A stretch of 64,000 nt of DNA from Coriobacteriia bacterium (GTDB lineage Bacteria > Actinomycetota > Coriobacteriia > Anaerosomatales > Anaerosomataceae): the NCBI GenBank assembly GCA_030651765.1, contig JAUSBY010000015.1:74043-138042 (forward strand), given 5' to 3'. Both the position numbers and the translations under genes were made by a program. Below are positions 25,478-32,684 of the stretch, one piece after another. Numbering within the stretch: position 1 is the first letter of the stretch; the number at the start of each line of letters is the position of its first letter. Below the pieces are notes generated by a model. The model had not been told where the DNA came from and searched no databases. It worked only from the letters and a program-made list of their open reading frames with translations.

Positions 25478-26122
25478 GTGACTCAGTGGATACCACGTCT
25501 GCTCGACGGTCTGGCCATGACGGCACAGGCCACGATTGCGAGCTTTGCGCTCGCGGTTCTGGTCTCTTTCGTGGTGGGACTCGGGTCGCGCGTGCGGGTA
25601 TTGAGGCCGATCTTCCGAATCTACGTTGAGGTTTTCAGGGGCACTTCCGCGCTCGTTCAGATCTTCTACTTCTTCTATGTGCTACCACTCGTCGGCGTGC
25701 AGTTGTCGCCACTCGTTGCGGGCGTCAGCGCCCTCGGTCTCAACTTCGGAGCGTACGGCTCTGAGATCGTGCGTGGCGCGATAGAGGCCGTGCCCCGCGG
25801 CCAGCACGAGGCGTCCGTTGCACTCAGCATGCCGCGCTGGCTCGCGATGCGCCGGATCATCCTGCCCCAGGCGGTGCGAACGATGATTCCGCCGTTTGGC
25901 AACATCCTCGTAGACCTCATGAAGACCACGGCGCTCCTGTCGATGATCTCGGTGGGCGACCTTGCGTTCGTCGGCAAGCAGGTCTTGCAGTCGGAAGGCA
26001 GCGCCGTGATGGCGTACCTGCCGGTCATGGTGCTGTACTTCGCATTCGCCGTTCTGTTAGGGCGCGGGACCCACCGCATCGAGCAGCTCGTTGGTCGCGG
26101 CTGGAGCGAGGCGACGACGTGA
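25478..26122 (+). CDS. amino-acid ABC transporter permease
   Basis: His/Glu/Gln/Arg/opine-type permease; EAA-like loop GAIEAVPRGQHEASVALSM. Confidence 0.85.
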   Translation: MTQWIPRLLDGLAMTAQATIASFALAVLVSFVVGLGSRVRVLRPIFRIYVEVFRGTSALVQIFYFFYVLPLVGVQLSPLVAGVSALGLNFGAYGSEIVRGAIEAVPRGQHEASVALSMPRWLAMRRIILPQAVRTMIPPFGNILVDLMKTTALLSMISVGDLAFVGKQVLQSEGSAVMAYLPVMVLYFAFAVLLGRGTHRIEQLVGRGWSEATT

Positions 26123-26775
26123 GGATCGATTACGAATACGCGCTTCGCGTCCTGCCCGTGCTGTTGCGTGGAGCGGTGACGACGCTCCAGGCCACCATCG
26201 GCGGGATGGCGCTCGCGCTCATACTCGGGCTCGTGTTCGTCGTGCTGCTCCGCTCCAAGAACGTGTTCATCTCGTACCCCACACGGGCCGTCCTCGAGTT
26301 CGTACGCGGCACGCCGCTGCTCATCCAGCTGTTCTTCCTCTTCTACGTCCTGCCCGAGTGGGGAATCAGGTTGGAGGCGCTCGGCACGGGTATCTTCGCC
26401 CTCGGTCTGCACTACAGCACCTACATCGCCGAGGTGTACCGCGCCGGCATCGAGTCTGTTCCGCGCGGGCAGTGGGAGGCTTCGACGGCACTGAGCTTCA
26501 GCAAGGTCGACACGTGGCGGCGTATCGTACTGCCTCAGGCGGTCATCACCGTGCTGCCCATGCTCGGCAACTACCTCGTGGCGATGTTCAAGGAGACACC
26601 GCTTCTGGCGACGATCACGGTGATCGAGATGCTTGGCGCGGGATTGAGCGCGGCGGCTTCGAGCTACCGGTACTTTGAGGTGTTCACCCTGATCGGCCTC
26701 ATCTTCCTCGCGATGAGTCTGCCTGCGGGCGCACTCGTCCGGAAGTTCGAGGCGATCAACAAGCGGTACGCGTAA
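26119..26775 (+). CDS. amino-acid ABC transporter permease
   Basis: Paralogous permease; AGIESVPRGQWEASTALSF. It has a 4-nt overlap with the upstream gene. Confidence 0.85.
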   Translation: MRIDYEYALRVLPVLLRGAVTTLQATIGGMALALILGLVFVVLLRSKNVFISYPTRAVLEFVRGTPLLIQLFFLFYVLPEWGIRLEALGTGIFALGLHYSTYIAEVYRAGIESVPRGQWEASTALSFSKVDTWRRIVLPQAVITVLPMLGNYLVAMFKETPLLATITVIEMLGAGLSAAASSYRYFEVFTLIGLIFLAMSLPAGALVRKFEAINKRYA

Positions 26776-26784
26776 AGGAGCACG

Positions 26785-27570
26785 ATGAACGATCACCGAG
26801 ACGTCCCGGCCATCAGATTCACCGGCTGCAGCAAGGCCTTTGGCGAGACGGTCGTGCTTGACGACTTCTCGTGGGACGTGCCGGTGGGGCGCCGCGTGGC
26901 GATTCTCGGGCCGTCAGGCTCGGGCAAGACGACGCTCCTGCGGCTCGTGATGACGATCGAGCAACTCGACGAGGGCGCCATTGACGTGTTTGGCCGCCCG
27001 ATCGCAGTCGGTCGCGACGCGCCGGCTGCCGAACGCCTCTCCGAGCGCCAGGTTCGCGAGGTTCGGCGCGACGTGGGCATGGTGTTCCAGCAGTTCAACC
27101 TGTTCCCGCATATGACGGCTCTCGAGAACGTCATCGAGGCGCCGGTGCGCGTGCTCGGCAAGAACAAGAACGAGGCCGCCGAGCACGGACGCCAGATTCT
27201 GAGGCAGGTGGGTCTGCAGGGCAAGGAGGACGCGCATCCGCGGAAGTTGTCCGGAGGTCAGCAGCAGCGCGTGGCGATCGCGCGCGCGCTCGCGATGGAG
27301 CCGCGGATCATGCTGTTCGACGAAGTGACGTCGGCGCTCGACCCTGAACTCGTCGGAGAGGTGCTCGAGGTCATCCGTGACCTGGCCGAGCACTCGAGCA
27401 TGACGATGCTGCTCGTGACCCACGAGATCGGTTTTGCGCGTGACGTATCCGATGAGGTGCTGTTCATGGAGCACGGTCGCGTGGTGGAAAGCGGGCCTCC
27501 CGAGGACGTTCTCGGCAATCCCGCCGAGGAGCGCACGCGCTCCTTCCTCCGCGCCGTGGGGCCCCACTAA
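26785..27570 (+). CDS. amino-acid ABC transporter ATP-binding protein
   Basis: Walker A GPSGSGKTT, signature LSGGQQQRVAIARAL, Walker B IMLFDE. Confidence 0.9.
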   Translation: MNDHRDVPAIRFTGCSKAFGETVVLDDFSWDVPVGRRVAILGPSGSGKTTLLRLVMTIEQLDEGAIDVFGRPIAVGRDAPAAERLSERQVREVRRDVGMVFQQFNLFPHMTALENVIEAPVRVLGKNKNEAAEHGRQILRQVGLQGKEDAHPRKLSGGQQQRVAIARALAMEPRIMLFDEVTSALDPELVGEVLEVIRDLAEHSSMTMLLVTHEIGFARDVSDEVLFMEHGRVVESGPPEDVLGNPAEERTRSFLRAVGPH

Positions 27571-27620
27571 CGCCGCATGCGGAAGCAGTCCTGCCCGCGC
27601 GCGGTGGGCGAACGAAAGGG

Positions 27621-28724
27621 ATGAGACAGATGGACCTCACGATCCGCCCGGCTGACGACTGCCTGTGGGACTGCGTGAGTCTCGGCGAGGTCATGATCCG
27701 CCTCGACCCTGGTGAGGGTAAGGTCTGCACCGCCCGGTCGTTTCGTGTTTGGGAGGGCGGCGGCGAGTACAACGTAGCCCGGGGGCTGCGTCGCTGCTTC
27801 TCGCTGCGTACGGCGGTGGTGACCGCCGCTGTGGACAATGAGATCGGCCGGCTTCTCGAGGATCTCATGCTGCAGGGCGGGGTGGATCTCAGGCACGTGC
27901 GGTGGGTCGACTTCGACGGTGTCGGCCGCTCGGCGCGCAACGCACTCAACTTCACCGAGCGGGGCTTTGGCGTGCGCGGTGCGAGATCGTGCAGCGATCG
28001 GGGTCACAGCGCTGCGTCGCAACTCGGGCCCGGACAGGTTGATTGGGAGCACATCTTCGCCACCGAGGGCGCCCGCTGGTTCCACACCGGCGGCATCTTT
28101 GCCGCACTCGGGCCCCAGACGCCGGACGTGGTTGTGGAAGCGATGACGGCGGCACGTGCCGCCGGCGTGGTGGTCTCCTACGATCTCAACTACCGCGCGT
28201 CGCTGTGGAAGGACCTCGGCGGACACGAACGTGCACGTGAGGTGAACCGTCGCATCGCCCCGCTCGTGGATGTGATGCTCGGCAACGAGGAGGACTTCTC
28301 GGCAGCTCTCGGATTCGAGATCCCGGGGGCCGACCTGTACGCCGAGCTCGATCTGGAGGCCTACGGCAGGATGAGCGCGGAAGTAGCCGCAGCCTACCCC
28401 GATCTCAAGTGCGTGGCCACGACGCTGCGGCGCGTGGTCTCGGCAACCGCAAACGACTGGGGAGCGCTGCTGTACGCCGACGGCCGGCTGCATGAGGCGA
28501 CGCGCCGCGACGGACTGGAGATCATGGACCGCGTGGGTGGAGGAGACAGCTTCGCCGCCGGTCTCATCTACGCGCTTCTTCAGGGTATGGATCCCGAACA
28601 GGCGGTCGAATACGGCGCCGCACATGGCGCGCTGGCGATGACGACGCCGGGTGACACCTCGATGGTGACGCTTGCCGAGGTCGAGAAGCTGGTGCGGGGA
28701 GGTGGCGCTCGTGTCGAACGGTGA
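27621..28724 (+). CDS. kdgK: PfkB-family sugar kinase, 2-dehydro-3-deoxygluconokinase-like
   Basis: SLGEVMIRLDP...EGGGEYNVARGL N-terminus, C-terminal DRVGGGDSFAAGLIY anion hole, and an adjacent eda. Confidence 0.7.
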   Translation: MRQMDLTIRPADDCLWDCVSLGEVMIRLDPGEGKVCTARSFRVWEGGGEYNVARGLRRCFSLRTAVVTAAVDNEIGRLLEDLMLQGGVDLRHVRWVDFDGVGRSARNALNFTERGFGVRGARSCSDRGHSAASQLGPGQVDWEHIFATEGARWFHTGGIFAALGPQTPDVVVEAMTAARAAGVVVSYDLNYRASLWKDLGGHERAREVNRRIAPLVDVMLGNEEDFSAALGFEIPGADLYAELDLEAYGRMSAEVAAAYPDLKCVATTLRRVVSATANDWGALLYADGRLHEATRRDGLEIMDRVGGGDSFAAGLIYALLQGMDPEQAVEYGAAHGALAMTTPGDTSMVTLAEVEKLVRGGGARVER

Positions 28725-29370
28725 TGCCATCGCGGCCGTTCGGGCCGTCGGCGTTGTGCCCGTGGTGACGCTTCCGGATGCCGCAACGGCCGAGCCGCTG
28801 TGCGGAGCGCTTCTCGACGCCGGACTGCCGATCATCGAAGTCACCTTCCGCTCCGAGGCCGCAGCCGAGGCGATCGGACTCATCGCCTCAAAGTACCCCG
28901 AGATGTGTGTGGGCGCCGGAACGGTGACCGACCCGGCCCAGGTCAGCATGGCTCGAGACGCGGGTGCTGCATTTGCGGTGGCACCGGGACTCAATCCGTT
29001 GGTGGTTGCCGCTGCTCATGAGTCAGGACTCCCGTTCTGGCCGGGAGTATGTACGCCCACGGAGGTCGATCAGGCGCTCTCTCTCGGCCTGAAGGTGCTG
29101 AAGTTCTTCCCCGCCGGAGTACTCGGGGGAGCAAGGACCGTGAAAGCGGTGCTCGGTCCGTTCCTGCATCTCGGGGTGGAGGTCATCCCCACCGGACAGG
29201 TGGACGAGGACTCGGCGGTTACCTACTGGGCGCTCGACGGCGTGCTTGCGGTCGGGGGCAGTTGGATCGCGCCCGAAGCGTTGGTGCTCGCGGGGGACTG
29301 GCGGGAAGTGAGCAGAAGGGCGAGAGCTGCGGTCGTACGCTACCACGCCGTGCACGGTCAGATGCCTTAG
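28711..29370 (+). CDS. eda: KDPG/KHG aldolase (Eda family)
   Basis: VVPVVTL....LPIIEVTFRSEAA...GAGTV..GA.FAV.PG...TPTE...LK.FPA pattern. The GTG start overlaps the end of the kinase gene. Confidence 0.8.
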   Translation: MSNGDAIAAVRAVGVVPVVTLPDAATAEPLCGALLDAGLPIIEVTFRSEAAAEAIGLIASKYPEMCVGAGTVTDPAQVSMARDAGAAFAVAPGLNPLVVAAAHESGLPFWPGVCTPTEVDQALSLGLKVLKFFPAGVLGGARTVKAVLGPFLHLGVEVIPTGQVDEDSAVTYWALDGVLAVGGSWIAPEALVLAGDWREVSRRARAAVVRYHAVHGQMP

Positions 29371-29425
29371 GCGGTTGGACACGATGACGGTCCGCTTGCC
29401 CGAGGTGCCGAACGGAGGGGTGTTC

Positions 29426-29884
29426 ATGTCGGCTGAAGCACGACTGATCGAACTGGGCATCGTTCTGCCGCCCGCGCCTTCGCCGGTGGCCTCGTACGTG
29501 ATGATCGCGGAGACCGGCAACGTTGCATACACGGCGGGCCACGGCCCCCTGCGGGCCGATGGCACCATGATCGTCGGCCGCGTCGGCGAGGATCTCAGTG
29601 TCGCCGAGGCGCGTGAGGCCGCGCGCGTGACGGCGCTGGGGCTTCTCGCCACGATCAGGCAGCACCTCGGCTCGCTAGACAGGGTGACGAGGGTGGTCAA
29701 GATACTCGGGATGGTGAACGCGGTTCCTGACTTCGGGGAACACCCGGCGGTCATCAACGGCTGCTCGGACCTGTTCGTAGAGGTCTTCGGTCCGAGGGGT
29801 GTTCACGCGCGATCCGCGGTGGGCATGGGGTCATTGCCGGGACGGATCCCGGTGGAGATAGAGGTCGTCATCGAGTTCGAGTAG
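29426..29884 (+). CDS. RidA/YjgF-family enamine/imine deaminase-like protein
   Basis: VAYTAGHGPL...RSAVGMGSLPGRIPVEIEVVIE is a typical RidA-family C-terminus. GGAGGGG RBS present. Confidence 0.8.
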   Translation: MSAEARLIELGIVLPPAPSPVASYVMIAETGNVAYTAGHGPLRADGTMIVGRVGEDLSVAEAREAARVTALGLLATIRQHLGSLDRVTRVVKILGMVNAVPDFGEHPAVINGCSDLFVEVFGPRGVHARSAVGMGSLPGRIPVEIEVVIEFE

Positions 29885-29902
29885 CGGGCCTCGTCGGACC
29901 TT

Positions 29903-30175
29903 TCAGCGTACCCGCGCCTGGCGGCCGGTGAGCAGGAAGTCGATCCGGCTACTCGTGTACGGCACCCCGAACTCGATCGCCACGCCGGATCCGCCGGGAA
30001 TCGCCTCGGTATTGAGCACCCGGTACATGTACTGCATCGAGTTGCGCCAGCCCTCCACCTCGCGCGGGTTGGCGCGGTGGATCTTGCGCTCGAAGGCCGC
30101 CGTGATGTGGTCGGCGATGAGGTCGCGGTCCGCGTCGTCCATGAACTCGGCCTTGGTTGCCTGATAGACGAGCAC
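29903..30175 (-). pseudogene. orphan 5' fragment (~85 codons) of a second DUF2075 gene
   Basis: MLVYQATKAEFMDDADRDLIADHITAAFERKIHRANPREVEGWRNSMQYMYRVLNTEAIPGG.. is near-identical to the N-terminus of the 19466-21403 gene. Nucleotide homology runs 29917-30240 versus 21153-21475. There is no continuation of the gene. Confidence 0.8.
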
Positions 30176-30253
30176 GGGCGGCTCCGGGGAAGAGCGGATG
30201 AGGCTGAGACCAGGGTAGCAGAGGGGGGGAGGGCGGTGGGCTGCCTGCCATGA

Positions 30254-30288
30254 TTGTACGAAGAACCTATAACGTACAAATCGTACAA
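30254..30288. promoter_or_regulatory. TTGTACG / CGTACAA / CGTACAA inverted and direct repeat upstream of the Phd/YefM gene
   Basis: TTGTACG 30254-30260, CGTACAA 30273-30279 and 30282-30288, in an AT-richer stretch ~50 nt upstream of the ATG at 30337. Confidence 0.4.
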
Positions 30289-30336
30289 AGCCGTGCTACA
30301 CTGGGCCCGACATCGGCACGCGAATCGAGGACAGCC

Positions 30337-30699
30337 ATGACACGGGTCACCGCCGCGCAGGCACGGCGCGACTTCTCCGACATCCTCAATCGCGCCTCGT
30401 ACGGAAAAGAGCGCGTGATCGTGACTCGCCACGAAGCTGACGTAGCCGCGGTCGTGCCGATTGAGGAACTCCGCGTGCTCGATGCCGCGATGGCCGTCCT
30501 GAAGGCGCATCCGCAGTTTTCGCAGGCAATCGAGAGCATCGAGGTCGCGCGAGAAGCGCAGGCCGCCTGGGGACAGGTGCAGTCGGAAGTCGATACGCTC
30601 GTGCTTTCGCCGGAGTCGTACGACACCGTGGTGGACCTCATAGAACACTCGCGGCCCGCTACGGCCGCTCTGCGCGAGCTCATGCGCGACGAGTCATAA
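30337..30699 (+). CDS. Phd/YefM-family antitoxin with extended C-terminal tail, no adjacent toxin
   Basis: VTAAQARRDFSDILNRASYGKERVIVTRHEADVAAVVPIEE is the Phd/YefM N-domain. The tail LVLSPESYDTVVDLIEHSRPATAALRELM resembles DUF1778-type antitoxin C-termini. Confidence 0.7.
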   Translation: MTRVTAAQARRDFSDILNRASYGKERVIVTRHEADVAAVVPIEELRVLDAAMAVLKAHPQFSQAIESIEVAREAQAAWGQVQSEVDTLVLSPESYDTVVDLIEHSRPATAALRELMRDES

Positions 30700-30984
30700 C
30701 CCGCGCGCAATGGGGGGATATCGAGGACGCCCGCGGCTAGGCCGACCGTGCCGCCCGGCACGCACACGCTCACCGCACACGATGTCAGACCCCGGTGATA
30801 CGCTTCTTCCGGTACCGGGTACCAGATAGACGCGCCGATTTGAGCTACAGCTTGCGGGCGCGGTACAAGTGCAGCTAAAGCGTGGGTCAGACGAGCTGGC
30901 CCCATCTGTGGTCGGCTCGTCGTGCATTCGGCGCGCCACGCCGTGTACGTGTGCCGCCCCGCCCGAGAGAAGGGCGGTGGTGTC

Positions 30985-31398
30985 ATGAGTACGGAACACA
31001 CCGGAACGGACGGCCAGGGCGGGCCGGCAAAGGTCACGCGCTTTGCCGACGTGATCGAGCACGACGGGCATGCCTGGGTGATCGCGCGCGACACCCGCAC
31101 GTGGTTCTACGAGTGCCTGCGGTGTGGCGAGCGCTGCCACGTGAGCACCATCGAGGCGATGAACAAGGCGGTCACGCACGAGTACGCGTACATGGCGTTC
31201 AACCACCGGGCGCCGTGGAAGATGGGCGACCCGATCCACGTGGCCACGGGTCCGGGCACGTTCGAGCTGGTAGAGCGTGAGCCCTACCCATCGTGCGGAA
31301 GGGCCGCCGATCCGGTCCGGCACCTCGATGAACTCGAGCGCGGGCCACTGATCACCGTTCCGCGCGCTCGGCCAAAGCCACAGCCGCGGCCTGAATAG
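30985..31398 (+). CDS. hypothetical protein
   Basis: ATG at 30985 with coding-like composition and one CxxC..C.H cluster (ECLRCGERCH). No family recognised. Confidence 0.4.
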   Translation: MSTEHTGTDGQGGPAKVTRFADVIEHDGHAWVIARDTRTWFYECLRCGERCHVSTIEAMNKAVTHEYAYMAFNHRAPWKMGDPIHVATGPGTFELVEREPYPSCGRAADPVRHLDELERGPLITVPRARPKPQPRPE

Positions 31399-31446
31399 GG
31401 TACCTACTAGCATCTGCACTGCCGGGCGTCTTTAGGAGTGAGCGCA

Positions 31447-31803
31447 ATGCGGCCAGGAAGACTGAAGTCGATCGGACTCGTGGCGCTGGTGATGCTGGCG
31501 CTTGTCGTGGCAGCGGGCTGCTCGGCCGGAGGCGACAGCGCCGACGAGACGCCCGGCAGCGCCGGCGCCACGGTGACCGAGAGCGGGCTGGCCTTCAGCC
31601 CTCCCACACTCGAGGTGAGCGCGGGCGACACGGTGACCTTCGTCAACGAGGACTCGGTGGACCACCAGGTGCTGATCGGCGGCGTCACGCTTACCCGGCA
31701 GACGCCGGGCGAGAGCGTCACGTGGACCGCCGAGTCGGCAGGCACGATAGACTACATCTGCACGCTCCACCCGTCGATGCGCGGGCGGCTCGTGGTGAAG
31801 TAG
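31447..31803 (+). CDS. cupredoxin (plastocyanin/azurin-like) lipoprotein
   Basis: Lipobox VVAAGC. Type-1 copper ligands: DSVDHQV ... YICTLHPSM (C-x2-H-x2-M). Confidence 0.75.
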   Translation: MRPGRLKSIGLVALVMLALVVAAGCSAGGDSADETPGSAGATVTESGLAFSPPTLEVSAGDTVTFVNEDSVDHQVLIGGVTLTRQTPGESVTWTAESAGTIDYICTLHPSMRGRLVVK

Positions 31804-31836
31804 GGCCGGCGCCGGACCGACTCGTAGGAGCCCTTC

Positions 31837-32652
31837 ATGCGCAAGCTCACAGTCGCACTCGTCATCATCGCCGCGCTCCTCGTCGGCGGCTTCGTCTTCG
31901 CCACCGGCGGCATGTCCTCCCGCGAGCCGGCTCCGTTCATCACCGCCGGCCCGATCGCGCACCGCGGGCTGTGGTCCGACAGCCCGGAGGCCCCCGAGAA
32001 CTCGCTTGCGGCGTTTGCCGAGGCGGCCGCCAACGGCTACGCGATCGAGCTCGACGTGCACCTCTCGGCTGATGGCGAGGTCATGGTGATCCACGACGCC
32101 GACGTCGCGCGCATGACCGGCACACAGGGCCTGGTGGCCGACATGACCGCCACCGACCTCCAGGCACTCGGCCTGTTCGACGGCAGCCAGATCATCCCCA
32201 CGCTGCCCGAGGTGCTTCGGCTCGTCGGCGGCCGCGTGCCGATCTTCGTCGAGATCAAGAACACCGGTGAGGTCGGTCGGCTTGAAGATGCCGTCGCGCG
32301 GCTCCTCAACACCTACGACGGCGAGGCGGCCGTGATGTCGTTCAATCCGTACTCACTCGGCCGCATGGCCACCGTCGCGCCGGATATCCCGCGCGGCCAG
32401 CTTGCGAGCGCGTTTGAGGGCGAGGATCTCGAGTGGTACGAGAAGTTCCTGCTCCGCAACCTCGGCATGAACTGGACGAGCCGGCCCGACTTCATCGTCT
32501 ACGACATCGCCGAGCTCCCCTCGACCGGCACGCAACTGCAGCAGCTGCGTGGCCGACCGCTCCTCGGCTGGACTGCTGATGACGAGGCCGAGCGTCTCGC
32601 CGCCGAGCAGATCTGCGACGCGGTGATCTGCAACCCCGGTGCGCTGCCGTAG
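31837..32652 (+). CDS. glycerophosphodiester phosphodiesterase family protein, membrane-anchored
   Basis: IAHRG...PENSLAAF..A...GY.IELDVHLSADGEVMVIHD is the GDPD signature, with an N-terminal TM helix. Confidence 0.8.
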   Translation: MRKLTVALVIIAALLVGGFVFATGGMSSREPAPFITAGPIAHRGLWSDSPEAPENSLAAFAEAAANGYAIELDVHLSADGEVMVIHDADVARMTGTQGLVADMTATDLQALGLFDGSQIIPTLPEVLRLVGGRVPIFVEIKNTGEVGRLEDAVARLLNTYDGEAAVMSFNPYSLGRMATVAPDIPRGQLASAFEGEDLEWYEKFLLRNLGMNWTSRPDFIVYDIAELPSTGTQLQQLRGRPLLGWTADDEAERLAAEQICDAVICNPGALP

Positions 32653-32684
32653 CGGCCTGCGGCCGGGTCTGACATACGAGGTGC

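Noticed and set aside
24479-28994. Long antisense ORFs (317, 373 and 475 aa) opposite the ABC transporter and KdgK genes
   Set aside because: The sense strand carries textbook ABC and PfkB motifs. The antisense frames are low-complexity, Arg/His/Asp-rich artefacts of high G+C.
21153-30240. Interpreting the DUF2075 5' repeats as attL/attR of an integrative element
   Set aside because: I recognised no integrase, recombinase or excisionase anywhere between or beside the repeats, and the enclosed block has host-like G+C. It is kept as an observation only, not called a mobile element.
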